Notes: generated by a model from the sequence alone, not told the origin. A stretch of 64,000 nucleotides of DNA from a virus (IMGVR_UViG_3300045135_002262:14783-78782), one strand, 5' to 3'. Positions 15,433 to 25,200 are shown, counted from the stretch's first letter. Made by a program: numbers and translations.

Positions 15433-15593
15433 TGTTTGAGCAACTTTTTTTAAAATATTTCTAACTTATCTTACCCTCAGCCGGAAACCCTTAATTATAT
15501 TCAGGCCCTCTTTAAAAGTTTCAGATCATGTTCCATAAACGTGGCTTTTTAACTTTAAGCCACAAAGCCACGGTCTTACCGGCCAACCACATT

Positions 15594-15782
15594 TTAAAGC
15601 GCATGACCTAACTTTTCGTGTAACCTCTTCATGTGTTTACATGGTCTGTATCGACTAAATTCTCTTGCTTTACAATCACAATCTACAATCTTCCAATCTG
15701 TAACCTTAACTCTGTAATAGCTAAGCTTGCCAGTTTTCTTATTGCGAGATCCCATCTCTTTGTAATACCAAGTTTTACTCAT
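15594..15782 (-). CDS. SWIM zinc-finger protein
   Basis: DCDCKA..F....PCKH. Confidence 0.75.
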   Translation of the reverse strand: MSKTWYYKEMGSRNKKTGKLSYYRVKVTDWKIVDCDCKAREFSRYRPCKHMKRLHEKLGHAL

Positions 15783-15930
15783 TGTCTAGATCTTTTTTCC
15801 AGGACTTATCCTTTCGGTTATACTTATTTTTATCACCATGATCCTTTTGAATCATCTTACGACGAATCAATTGGCTAAGGTGTCTTTCGTTATACCCATC
15901 AATATCAGAACGGGAGGTCTTCTTTTTCAT
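15775..15930 (-). CDS. small basic protein (51 aa)
   Basis: Manual translation MKKKTSRSDIDGYNERHLSQLIRRKMIQKDHGDKNKYNRKDKSWKKDLDNE; overlaps both neighbours. Confidence 0.5.
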   Translation of the reverse strand: MKKKTSRSDIDGYNERHLSQLIRRKMIQKDHGDKNKYNRKDKSWKKDLDNE

Positions 15931-16138
15931 CTTTAACAATTTTTTCAAGCTTTAGCTTCTCAATATCTATCTCTGTAGTGATCAAAGAAGCGAAAGGTCT
16001 TTGCATTAAACCAGAAATAATCCAATCTTGTGCCGGCCATTTTAGGTTTTGATTATCTGCAATCATATTAGCTTTTGAGAATGCATGTTTGTCATCTCTA
16101 GCTTCTATATCCATTTGGAACGTTACTGTGTATCTCAT
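15905..16138 (-). CDS. hypothetical protein ending DLPF (SSB-tail-like)
   Basis: Downstream of class I promoter; acidic EDLPF C-terminus. Confidence 0.6.
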   Translation of the reverse strand: MRYTVTFQMDIEARDDKHAFSKANMIADNQNLKWPAQDWIISGLMQRPFASLITTEIDIEKLKLEKIVKDEKEDLPF

Positions 16139-16155
16139 ATCTTTTATTTACATAG

Positions 16156-16187
16156 CTAATATACAAAATTCCAGTGACATAAAAAAA
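16156..16187 (-). promoter_or_regulatory. class I (early-like) promoter
   Basis: TTTTTTTATGTCACTGGAATTTTGTATATTAG. Confidence 0.78.
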
Positions 16188-16231
16188 TGTTTAACTAATT
16201 ATTTTCACTAAAGGTGCACGATACATAAATT

Positions 16232-16723
16232 ATGAAGAGACTGTTGTTTATATTATTCTTTATAATGTCAAGCTGCATATATGAAAATCATGCAAGCCCT
16301 GGCGTAGAAGATTATCAACAGACAGTAAATCACACAGACTTGGCATTAATGAAAGCAATCTTAGAGAAATACGCTCCAGAAGCTAAAGTCTATTTCATTT
16401 TAGATCAACCACTTTCTTACGGGATCTTAGGTATTACAAACCAACTTGCCCCACATACATATTTAGTTCAAGTTCATTCTTTAAATCCAATGGTTCGTGA
16501 AACCCTATATCATGAAATGGGTCATGTAATCGATGCTGAACTTGGCCGATTAGATTTCAGAGGTGAAATGCGATGGGACGGTATCAAATGTAATTTTAAA
16601 CAAGATTGGCAAACTAGACCATGGGAGATCTCTGCTAACGAATGGCGAGATTGTTTAAGATACGAATTCGAAAACAGAGAATTGAACTATAACTATTATT
16701 TATACGATTACTTATTTAAATAA
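16232..16723 (+). CDS. zincin metallopeptidase-like lipoprotein
   Basis: Signal peptide with lipobox-like SSC; HEMGH and RPWE motifs. Confidence 0.7.
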   Translation: MKRLLFILFFIMSSCIYENHASPGVEDYQQTVNHTDLALMKAILEKYAPEAKVYFILDQPLSYGILGITNQLAPHTYLVQVHSLNPMVRETLYHEMGHVIDAELGRLDFRGEMRWDGIKCNFKQDWQTRPWEISANEWRDCLRYEFENRELNYNYYLYDYLFK

Positions 16724-19231
16724 TTATCTCTTTATAATCTTTAAAGACTTGGTTTCTTTTTGAGTCTTAACTAATACAATATACATTCCTGTTGGAAATC
16801 TTGACATATTAAAAGTAAATATGTTATCGCTCGTTGTCTTATTAAATAACATTTGACCTGAAAGGTTATAAATAAAGACTTGACTATTATTGGTTAAACC
16901 AGTGATATTGATTTGATCAACTGTTGGATTAGGATATGCAACAATCTTTGTGATTATAGGATCAACTGGATCTACAGGATCTCCACCTCCGTTATCTCCA
17001 TCGCCGTTACCGTTATCTCCATCTCCATTGTCATCTCCACCATCTCCATCTCCATCGCCATTTCCGCCGCCATTGTCCCCGCCGCCTGAAGTTTCTATTG
17101 TAATTTTACCATTTACAGGTATTTGAAGCGAATATATAATATTTAGGTTCTCATCAACCGAATCAATCTGTGCGGTTGCAACATTAAATCCATTATAAAG
17201 ACTCTTATCTAAAGAACCTATAAGATCTTCTAAATAATTATCTAAGTTTCTTAATTCTGATATATCAGTAACAACAGTATCTTTTTTAATATTTACAAAC
17301 TTAAATGGATTTGTAAATGCATCTACTATCTCAAAATCTATAATTCCAGATTGATTTAAAACATATGTAATAGAATCATTTTCAATTTCAGGTTGTGCAA
17401 AATCATAAGACTTTAAATAAGGATCTGAGATTTGATTATTATCAATAGCTACTTTAATTTCGTTTAGATATTCTTGGTACAATGGTTCTAATGTAGTATC
17501 ATTTGCTATTTGATCTAAAAGTGCAAAGAATTCTGTTGCATTATCTTCTTTAATAAATTTAAACAAGTCTTTTAATTCACTGTACTTATTGTTATATAAG
17601 AAACCCCATGTAGCTTCTGAGTACGCATACATCTTAAACCCATAATCATAACTTGTATTTATAGATTTCTTAAGAGTAAATGTGTCGTTGTTATAAATGT
17701 TATTTGCTATTTCATAACCCATAGCTTCTGAAATAAAGAAGCCTTTTTGTAGACTTGCACCAGCTACAAAATTTGCAAGACCCTCAACCCAGAATACAGA
17801 CTTTCTAAGATCATAAATATCTGATTCTAAATAATCACCTTCAATATTATATCTGCCATCTAAGTAGTGTACATATTCATGTTTAAGTAACATTTCTAAC
17901 GTTAGCACAGGATCATTTCTATCAAATGTGTACAATCCTTTGTTTTCAATATAAATACCTCCATTATTTGTTGGCACATTAAATAAAATACTTCCATATG
18001 TGCTATAGGCAAAATCAGATTCAAAAATATAAAGATCTATTGCATAGTTAGGATCTGATGCTAAAGGTGTTGTATCACCTGATAACTTAAAGAAATTAGC
18101 CCTAGCTTCTCTTAAGGCTAAATACATTTTTTGCACTCGACTAGGACTTATATTTGTATGTATGATAATAGAATCATCGTCATACTTATATGTGTTTTGA
18201 AAGTTTAATTCATAATACCTTTGTTTATACGTTTCAATATCCACATCAAACTGTATTCCTGTCATGTGAATAATATTCGCAATAGTTCCTAATAGTTTAG
18301 CATGCCTATAATCACCAAATTCATATGAATTTATTAATGCAGAAGTTCTATTAGCTAAACCAACTAAATCATAATTAGGCAGTATTGTTCTTGCATATTC
18401 ATCATATTTTACAAATATAGGATATAAGATATTAATAAAATTACCTGCAATATATTCTTGGTTATTATCAATAAACCAATCATTTTCAATTATACTAAAT
18501 ATACTATTAATAAACCTATCATCTGCTGCACTTTTAATAATAAAAGCATTATCGCCATTTAAATAACCTCGCCAAATTATACTTGAAATTGCACTTAAAT
18601 GAGTTACCTGTGGCGTTGAGTGTTCAATATCATCAATTGATTGCTTCTGTAAATTAAGCATTATTAAATCATACGCATCTGCCCTGTGGCCTGGAATATC
18701 TAATAGTAATGTTGCAAACCATCTAAAATAATCTAAATCATCAGACTTTAACCAATATTTTTCTGAATTGTATAAAACTTCTAATGTAATTAATAACTCA
18801 GAGATATAAGATTCTGATAAAGAAACCGAGCTTTGATAAAATGCATGATATTCCAACATTTTAAAGTATTTTATAAACTTTTCTGGATTCTTATCTGATA
18901 GGTTTATATCTATTAATTGTATAATATTTTCTTTAAAATATTGTGCAGCTTTAATAGCGTTTTGACTTGAAAATATAGTTGTTTGACCTGATTGTGAAAA
19001 GTTTTCTAAGAATTGTATGACAGTTTCTAAATCTGTAGATAATAGATATTCAACTGCATCTACTTCTTGTTTAGCAGATTGTGCTATTGTAAACTTATAA
19101 TCCTTTTTAGTTTTAGGATTAATCTTTGCTTCAACCGTACAGAAATAATTATCAGTTGGTCTTTCGATTGGCGGTTCTTGTGCTAATAAACTTAGCGGTA
19201 AAAATGTTAGAAATAATAATAGTTTTTTCAT
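16724..19231 (-). CDS. M9-family collagenase-like metalloprotease with signal peptide and T9SS C-terminal sorting domain
   Basis: MKKLLLFLTFLPLSLLAQ signal; TNNGGIYIE, HEYVHYLDGRY, WVEGLANF; Gly/Asp linker; AYPNPT...IYNLSGQ...GMYIVLVK...SLKIIKR. Confidence 0.88.
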   Translation of the reverse strand: MKKLLLFLTFLPLSLLAQEPPIERPTDNYFCTVEAKINPKTKKDYKFTIAQSAKQEVDAVEYLLSTDLETVIQFLENFSQSGQTTIFSSQNAIKAAQYFKENIIQLIDINLSDKNPEKFIKYFKMLEYHAFYQSSVSLSESYISELLITLEVLYNSEKYWLKSDDLDYFRWFATLLLDIPGHRADAYDLIMLNLQKQSIDDIEHSTPQVTHLSAISSIIWRGYLNGDNAFIIKSAADDRFINSIFSIIENDWFIDNNQEYIAGNFINILYPIFVKYDEYARTILPNYDLVGLANRTSALINSYEFGDYRHAKLLGTIANIIHMTGIQFDVDIETYKQRYYELNFQNTYKYDDDSIIIHTNISPSRVQKMYLALREARANFFKLSGDTTPLASDPNYAIDLYIFESDFAYSTYGSILFNVPTNNGGIYIENKGLYTFDRNDPVLTLEMLLKHEYVHYLDGRYNIEGDYLESDIYDLRKSVFWVEGLANFVAGASLQKGFFISEAMGYEIANNIYNNDTFTLKKSINTSYDYGFKMYAYSEATWGFLYNNKYSELKDLFKFIKEDNATEFFALLDQIANDTTLEPLYQEYLNEIKVAIDNNQISDPYLKSYDFAQPEIENDSITYVLNQSGIIDFEIVDAFTNPFKFVNIKKDTVVTDISELRNLDNYLEDLIGSLDKSLYNGFNVATAQIDSVDENLNIIYSLQIPVNGKITIETSGGGDNGGGNGDGDGDGGDDNGDGDNGNGDGDNGGGDPVDPVDPIITKIVAYPNPTVDQINITGLTNNSQVFIYNLSGQMLFNKTTSDNIFTFNMSRFPTGMYIVLVKTQKETKSLKIIKR

Positions 19232-19248
19232 TAGTAAAAATTTATAGT

Positions 19249-19280
19249 CAAATATACAAAAAATATTTGACATAAAAAAA
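19249..19280 (-). promoter_or_regulatory. class I promoter upstream of collagenase
   Basis: TTTTTTTATGTCA...TTTTGTATATTTG. Confidence 0.75.
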
Positions 19281-19281
19281 T

Positions 19282-19304
19282 AAAAGGTCCATAAAGGACC
19301 TTTT
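19282..19304 (-). terminator. intrinsic terminator
   Basis: AAAAGGTCC-N5-GGACCTTTT hairpin with T/A tracts. Confidence 0.7.
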
Positions 19305-19305
19305 A

Positions 19306-19623
19306 TTATTCATTTGTTTGATGTGCTCTATCAAAATCGGCTCGTATTACATGCTCTGCATTAATAGCTTCGGCAGTTATTGCCTCACCAACTTCTTGCT
19401 TCTTATACAATTCACCGAATTTACCGTGATTAATTAGTTCATACTTATTACCATTATTAGTGGTTGTGAACTTAATAATCATAGTTGAAGCTGTAGGAAC
19501 TACAATGTTTGTAACATCAACTACAGTGTTTTCATATCTTTTAACCCTGTTTTTAGCAATCTCTAATCTCTTTTTCCAGAATCTATAAAGAAATGTATTG
19601 CCTGTAATTGTAAATTGCGCCAT
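19306..19623 (-). CDS. hypothetical protein
   Basis: Coupled ORF. Confidence 0.6.
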   Translation of the reverse strand: MAQFTITGNTFLYRFWKKRLEIAKNRVKRYENTVVDVTNIVVPTASTMIIKFTTTNNGNKYELINHGKFGELYKKQEVGEAITAEAINAEHVIRADFDRAHQTNE

Positions 19624-19934
19624 TATAAATAGTCTTCAATTTCTGTCATATCTAAATCTACAGGTCCGTCAGCTGCGCCTCCTAATTCTTCAGGATTACC
19701 CCATGCACTAATTACAGCTGAAAGTATTTTATGATTTTCAGGACCATCTTCATAATCAAGTTCATTCCAACCATTACCTTCTTCGAAGATATAAAGTTCT
19801 GCGCCATTGTCATCTTCAGAGTAGCGATATGTAATTTCTTCACCGTTTATATCTACTTTACCCTGCCAGGTGGTCATGCTATATCTTACATAACCTTCTT
19901 CTAATACTGTAAGTGTGTTAGCCATATTACTCAT
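19623..19934 (-). CDS. hypothetical acidic protein
   Basis: Coupled ORF. Confidence 0.6.
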   Translation of the reverse strand: MSNMANTLTVLEEGYVRYSMTTWQGKVDINGEEITYRYSEDDNGAELYIFEEGNGWNELDYEDGPENHKILSAVISAWGNPEELGGAADGPVDLDMTEIEDYL

Positions 19935-20670
19935 TGTCTATAATTAAATTAATAAATTTGTCTGTTCTAATTTGACTGTCCTGATCTGAGATCGCGTTAA
20001 CAGGATCATGATGCACTTCACAGAAAATACCAGTGTATCCAAAGATTGGAGCTGCTTCAAAATATTTCATCGCTAATTCCCAATCTCCACCGTTTCTACC
20101 AGTTTCTTTTACTCGTTGCGTTGAGTGTCCCACATCAAAAATAACTTCATCAAAATGTTCTGCAAGATACGGCACTGCACCAAAATCAACTAATAGTTGC
20201 CCATAACCAAATTGAGTGCCTCGCTCTGTAACCCAAACTTCTGCGTTAGGATTTACAGATCTAACCTTTGAAAGTGCACCAACAATAGTCTTTGGCGTAA
20301 TCCACTGACCTTTCTTAATATTGATCACATCAAAAAGTTTTGCAGCCTCTACAATCAAATCAGTTTGCTTACAAAGAAACGCAGGAATTTGAATAGCATC
20401 TACAACTTCTTTTAGAATTTTTGCTTGTGAAGTTTCGTGCAGGTCTGTAATAAATTTCACATCTGGATATTTAACCTTTAGTTTTCTAAAGATCTCAATA
20501 CCTTCTTGTAAACCTGGGCCACGATCTCCTTCAATATTAGTGCGATTAGCCTTATCAAAAGAACCTTTGAAATACCAATTTTTACCAACCATTGTTGGAT
20601 AGACTTGATCTAAAATCTTTTCAGCTGTTTCGTAGCTTTCAAGGCTACATGGACCTACAATATAAACCAT
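19927..20670 (-). CDS. kdsA: 3-deoxy-D-manno-octulosonate 8-phosphate synthase
   Basis: GPCSLES, FKGSFDKANRT, QIPAFLCKQTDL, NIKKGQ, ERGTQFGY, FDVGHS. Confidence 0.88.
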   Translation of the reverse strand: MVYIVGPCSLESYETAEKILDQVYPTMVGKNWYFKGSFDKANRTNIEGDRGPGLQEGIEIFRKLKVKYPDVKFITDLHETSQAKILKEVVDAIQIPAFLCKQTDLIVEAAKLFDVINIKKGQWITPKTIVGALSKVRSVNPNAEVWVTERGTQFGYGQLLVDFGAVPYLAEHFDEVIFDVGHSTQRVKETGRNGGDWELAMKYFEAAPIFGYTGIFCEVHHDPVNAISDQDSQIRTDKFINLIIDNE

Positions 20671-21311
20671 TAGTTTGAGTGTTCAAAGAATTGTTCAGTG
20701 TGAATATCTGTCAAATGGTGTTCTGTTAAAGTCTTCATAATTTTCCAAGGCACTGTGATTGTATGCGCACCGGCTTTAAGAGCATCTTTAACGTGTTGTG
20801 AATTTCTAACAGAAGAGAACATTACTTTAGTGTCGTAGTTGTATTCTTTAATAACATCTACAATTGCTTTAACAAGTGAAACACCGTCACCACCTTGATC
20901 TTGAAGACGACCAACTAACGGACATACATAAGTTGCACCAGCTTCTAAAGCCATATAAGCCTGTTGTAAAGTATACACTAAGTGTAAATTGACTTTAAAG
21001 CCTTTATTAGTTAGGATCTTGCAAGCCTTAATACCTTCAAGTGACATTGGAATTTTATACACGGTAGTGTCGCGCTCAAGACCTAATTTTTCTTGGCGAA
21101 ATGCTTCTGCAACAATTTCATCAGCAGTGCGGCCTAAAGCCTCAATTTGTAGAATTGGCACTTCGTTAGATAGTTTTACAATTGCAGCATCAACATCTTC
21201 AATGCCTTCTCGGTGCATAAATGTTGGAGTAGTTGTAACACCACGAATAATTCCAAGCTTATTTGCTTCTTCGATTTCTTCTAATTTAACTGAGTCTAAA
21301 TATAATTCCAT
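20670..21311 (-). CDS. transaldolase / fructose-6-phosphate aldolase family protein
   Basis: LYLDS, GVTTTP, YKIPM, AGATYVCPLVGR, SVRN, AGAHTITVP. Confidence 0.88.
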   Translation of the reverse strand: MELYLDSVKLEEIEEANKLGIIRGVTTTPTFMHREGIEDVDAAIVKLSNEVPILQIEALGRTADEIVAEAFRQEKLGLERDTTVYKIPMSLEGIKACKILTNKGFKVNLHLVYTLQQAYMALEAGATYVCPLVGRLQDQGGDGVSLVKAIVDVIKEYNYDTKVMFSSVRNSQHVKDALKAGAHTITVPWKIMKTLTEHHLTDIHTEQFFEHSN

Positions 21312-21328
21312 TAATCTATTATTTAGTA

Positions 21329-21357
21329 ATTATATGGGTTAATCCCACCAAGTTTCA
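21329..21357 (-). promoter_or_regulatory. class II promoter TGAAAC-N17-TATAAT
   Basis: Recurrent motif upstream of the transaldolase-kdsA pair. Confidence 0.65.
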
Positions 21358-21824
21358 ATGTTTTTATGAATATATTGCCATGTTAATTTTTTGGCACGGT
21401 CTGCTTTTTTATACGCTGCATACATGTGTGCATCGTAAAATTTATTGATTTCTTTATTGTGTTCTGCATCTTCAGCAGAATCCCATACAATATCTAATAA
21501 GTATTCATCTTCTCCACCTTCTGTGAATTCTTTAAATACTATTTCAGATTTACCATATTGACGTTCAAACTCCGCTTCAGCTTGTTCTACATAACCACCC
21601 TGATATCCATTATCAATAAGTTCGCAAGCTCTTTTAATCTGAAGTGCTACTAAATCACTATTCTCAAGATGGCCTGATTTCTTAATAAACTTGCCAGTTC
21701 TTTCTAATTGATATCTGAACATTTCAATACTATAACCGTAATCATAGTCATCAGTTTTCCAAATTACTGGAATATACTGAATAAGTCTTTTTAACTTTCT
21801 AAAGAATATTTTGATTTTCCGCAT
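21339..21824 (-). CDS. hypothetical protein
   Basis: ORF ending WWD, a type common in large phages. Confidence 0.65.
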   Translation of the reverse strand: MRKIKIFFRKLKRLIQYIPVIWKTDDYDYGYSIEMFRYQLERTGKFIKKSGHLENSDLVALQIKRACELIDNGYQGGYVEQAEAEFERQYGKSEIVFKEFTEGGEDEYLLDIVWDSAEDAEHNKEINKFYDAHMYAAYKKADRAKKLTWQYIHKNIETWWD

Positions 21825-22068
21825 ATTGATTACATTAAAGGTCCAGCACTACCGGAATGAATTGCAGCTTTAATACGTTGCTCTTCTAACCAAGCAAGAT
21901 ACTTAAAAAATTGTTTGATCTTTTTCATAATTATACTGTTAATCCGCCAATTATTCTACTATCGGCCAAATAAAAATATATACATAATACTTATATGGTT
22001 AATCTTCTAAAAGTTTCATTGGAGTCAATTGACCGTTTTCATAAACAACATATCCTCCACTTGGCATT

Positions 22069-22338
22069 TTAATCGTCAGTTCGTTCTCTTAAATGAAAAA
22101 ACTCTGGCATATCCTGGTTGTATTGGTCAGGGTTTTGTTCACGATGCCAGAAATCGTATTCTTGACTGAATTCACCAACAGCCTTTTGGAAAGGCATTAC
22201 ACATTCAATGTCAGTATGATTACACTGCCAAAATTCAGCCTTTTTAATACCCATGCCAAACCATTCCCAGGCTTGAAACTTTTCAGGATTGGTCTCTTTC
22301 CAATCTTGTACTGTTTGTACTGCTTGTTGATAATTCAT
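22069..22338 (-). CDS. hypothetical protein
   Basis: ORF in operon. Confidence 0.6.
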   Translation of the reverse strand: MNYQQAVQTVQDWKETNPEKFQAWEWFGMGIKKAEFWQCNHTDIECVMPFQKAVGEFSQEYDFWHREQNPDQYNQDMPEFFHLRERTDD

Positions 22339-22339
22339 T

Positions 22340-22597
22340 CTATTCCATGTTTAAGCTTAGTATTCTTACTAGATCTTCTAAATCACCACTGCCCTTAATC
22401 TTCAAATCATAGTATTCAAAGATACTGGCCCACCAGCCCTCTTCTTCAGCTTCAATTTGAGTGTTGGTTATCAAAAGAATTTCACCAATCTGTAAGCGAT
22501 AGTAATATTCATATGCACCATGCATTCCTTCTTCTTCTGGAATGTTCTGCTTATCAAAGCCTAAATCAATAAATGTTTGTTCTGTCATTCTATTCAA
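22340..22597 (-). CDS. hypothetical protein
   Basis: ORF in operon. Confidence 0.6.
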   Translation of the reverse strand: MNRMTEQTFIDLGFDKQNIPEEEGMHGAYEYYYRLQIGEILLITNTQIEAEEEGWWASIFEYYDLKIKGSGDLEDLVRILSLNME

Positions 22598-22817
22598 ATT
22601 TTACTCCATTCTCAAACATAATCTCACGGAGCTGGTCTCTACATTTTTCAAATGTTTCATGCTTGTCCTTACTGTATTCATCGTCAGACATATACTTATA
22701 CTGTGCTCGTAACCATTGGTCCATTTCCCATAACACAGAATGCATATCTGAACCTTTAGTTGCCATTTCAAACTCTGTGTGGTCTTCTGGTAGGTTAAAT
22801 TTTAAGATAGCTTCCAT
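22590..22817 (-). CDS. hypothetical protein, paralog of 24970-25200
   Basis: MEAILKFNLPED...GSD...V.WEMDQ.LR...KY. Confidence 0.7.
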   Translation of the reverse strand: MEAILKFNLPEDHTEFEMATKGSDMHSVLWEMDQWLRAQYKYMSDDEYSKDKHETFEKCRDQLREIMFENGVKFE

Positions 22818-23149
22818 AACTCGTAATTACTATTTTGTGTTTTAAATTTAATATAATCATCTCGCCCTTCCAAGATTTCTGTAATAGAAGTAGTCTGCCA
22901 AGTAAAGAACTGATTGAATGGAGACATAATTAATGAATAACCAATTGCTGGTTTATTATGTTTGGCTTTGAATCTACCTTCATCATTCCACTCAACCCAT
23001 ATTACTTCCTTAGACTCCTTAGTCAATCCATCTCGTTCACGAACTAATTTCCAATTAAATTCGTTTTCAATTACACCTTGTTCAACAGCAACCTTCAAAA
23101 CATTATCTTCTAATGTCATTGGGATTTTAGTTTGTTCTATTTTACTCAT
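22802..23149 (-). CDS. hypothetical protein
   Basis: Coupled ORF. Confidence 0.6.
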   Translation of the reverse strand: MSKIEQTKIPMTLEDNVLKVAVEQGVIENEFNWKLVRERDGLTKESKEVIWVEWNDEGRFKAKHNKPAIGYSLIMSPFNQFFTWQTTSITEILEGRDDYIKFKTQNSNYELWKLS

Positions 23150-23826
23150 ATGATTTCAAATATATTTCCATTACTGCTCAATCTACCAAACTTCCCATCA
23201 GTAACCACGGAACCATTTGAAAAAATAGTATCGAGATTTGGGATAGTTCTAGTTCCAGCATTTATAATATCTTTACAATTGTGGATATGTCCAAACATCA
23301 TAAACTTAGGATTTATTTCTATAACTTTATTCATTAGTGATTTACATCCACAAAACTCCATATTACCATTTCTATCATAAGATAGATCTAGCATTCCTTT
23401 TGGAGGACCGTGTACAATGATTATATCACTATCATTTGGAATTGCTGATTGCCAAAGTCTATCTAATTTATGTCTAGCTTTATTAAATGCCCAATCACCA
23501 AATGTTGGTGTGATTGGTGAGCCAAATATTTTTAACCCCTCAATAACAGTATAATCATTTTCAAGGTAAACGATTCCATTACTTTCAAAATCATCTTTAG
23601 TAACTAAACCCTTCTCAATACTTGTATCGTGATTCCCAGCAACAAAAATCTTGTACTTAATATCTAACCCCGAATACCAATCAATAAACCTTCTAACTTC
23701 AGGTTCATTATTGTAAGGGTTTCTAGGATTAGAACAATCACCACTAAAAATAACCATATCTACCCCACTTGGTACTTTTAGTAACTCGTGGAACGTATGT
23801 GTATCACTTATATGCCAAATTTTCAT
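23146..23826 (-). CDS. calcineurin-like metallophosphoesterase
   Basis: ISDTH, SGD, AGNHD, VHGPP, FGHIH. Confidence 0.92.
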   Translation of the reverse strand: MKIWHISDTHTFHELLKVPSGVDMVIFSGDCSNPRNPYNNEPEVRRFIDWYSGLDIKYKIFVAGNHDTSIEKGLVTKDDFESNGIVYLENDYTVIEGLKIFGSPITPTFGDWAFNKARHKLDRLWQSAIPNDSDIIIVHGPPKGMLDLSYDRNGNMEFCGCKSLMNKVIEINPKFMMFGHIHNCKDIINAGTRTIPNLDTIFSNGSVVTDGKFGRLSSNGNIFEII

Positions 23827-23875
23827 TTCTCGTTGGTGTTAAAGGTTATACCTTAAATGTTCGACTTTGTTTCAA

Positions 23876-24169
23876 TTACAGGTTCATCAATTGAGTCAAT
23901 GAATCTGAGAAATCAACACCTGCGATCTTCGCTTCACTGAAGATAACCTCGTGGTCAATATACTCGAATTTCTCTAAGTCATTAGACATTTTATCCAATT
24001 GAATTTGGATCGCCTCAACCACTTTCTTGTGATCAGCGTATGAAACTAAATCAACATCAACACCATCGATATTGAATAGGGTTCCACCTTTCGGTTTCCA
24101 GTGTACACGACCTTCGTGAAATCCGTAGTTCTCGTAACGTTGTGCAGTTACATTAATCTTAACATTCAT
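23876..24169 (-). CDS. hypothetical protein
   Basis: Downstream of class I promoter 24193-24224; QRYENY...HWKPKGG. Confidence 0.65.
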   Translation of the reverse strand: MNVKINVTAQRYENYGFHEGRVHWKPKGGTLFNIDGVDVDLVSYADHKKVVEAIQIQLDKMSNDLEKFEYIDHEVIFSEAKIAGVDFSDSLTQLMNL

Positions 24170-24192
24170 AAGCTTTAGCTTTAATTACAGTA

Positions 24193-24224
24193 CTAATATA
24201 CACAATTCCAGCGACATAAAAAAA
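24193..24224 (-). promoter_or_regulatory. class I promoter
   Basis: TTTTTTTATGTCGCTGGAATTGTGTATATTAG. Confidence 0.75.
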
Positions 24225-24226
24225 TA

Positions 24227-24973
24227 TTATGGCAACTTTTTTGGAATTATTTTACCATCTTCAATAATCGCATAACCACCGTGCGGCCCGGCGTCAATCA
24301 AATAGTATCTACCACCCATTGCTTTTTCAGTGGCCTCAAAGCTCTTAAATATATCTTCAACTTGAGTATGTCCTACGACTTGAATAAAACGCTTCTTCAA
24401 ACCACCATCAGCTTTATTTGCCCGCATCAAAGATCTTGGACGAATCCATAGCGGCCCTTGCTCAACTGAATCACCTGAAGGATCCCAGCCCAAATGGCTA
24501 AAGTTAAATAGGTTTGGTCGAGATTTATATAAGTCATTTAATTGATCGATCATCGTATCTTTAGACCAGGATTCTTTAAGGCTTCTATAAAAAGTATCAT
24601 CCATCCAAACTGGGCTAATTCCAGCGTGTGAGAATACATATTCACCTTGGCGATATGCAATCTGCAAGTGGTGCATATTCTTTTTCAAAGCATCGTTAAA
24701 ATCCCAACGCATTGCTGGTTGATAACCACTGTAAGTCTCATCGGTAATAATATAATGATGATCGTGATTTCCAATTAGCAATACTACGTGCTTATCAGAC
24801 TCTTCTTTAAATCTTATAATCTCATTGAAGTTATGCAACTGCTCAACGCCTGAAATATCAAACGAGTCGAAGTAGTCACCGATAAAGATGATGTGCTCAG
24901 CTTCTGGGTGTGCTTCGACCATTTGTTTCCAGTTGGTGCGACCGTGTATGTCTCCAATTATTAGTGTTGTCAT
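24227..24973 (-). CDS. calcineurin-like metallophosphoesterase (Ser/Thr phosphatase-like)
   Basis: GDIHG, GDYFD, GNHD, SHAG, GHT. Confidence 0.92.
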   Translation of the reverse strand: MTTLIIGDIHGRTNWKQMVEAHPEAEHIIFIGDYFDSFDISGVEQLHNFNEIIRFKEESDKHVVLLIGNHDHHYIITDETYSGYQPAMRWDFNDALKKNMHHLQIAYRQGEYVFSHAGISPVWMDDTFYRSLKESWSKDTMIDQLNDLYKSRPNLFNFSHLGWDPSGDSVEQGPLWIRPRSLMRANKADGGLKKRFIQVVGHTQVEDIFKSFEATEKAMGGRYYLIDAGPHGGYAIIEDGKIIPKKLP

Positions 24974-25200
24974 TCTGCTGCGTATAAGTCTAAGTTATTC
25001 TCATTCATGAACTTCCAAAACTCATCTCTAACATATTGTAGCATCTTAACTTCATCCTCTTTAAGATCCTCATTGTACTTGAGATGTTTACGAAGTAATT
25101 GGTCCATCTCCCAACACACATGCTTCCAATCACTGCCTTGAAGTGCAAGGTCGAAATCAACTTTATCTTCGGGAAGATTAAATTCTAAGATTGCTTTCAT
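24970..25200 (-). CDS. hypothetical protein, paralog of 22590-22817
   Basis: MKAILEFNLPED... Confidence 0.7.
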   Translation of the reverse strand: MKAILEFNLPEDKVDFDLALQGSDWKHVCWEMDQLLRKHLKYNEDLKEDEVKMLQYVRDEFWKFMNENNLDLYAAE

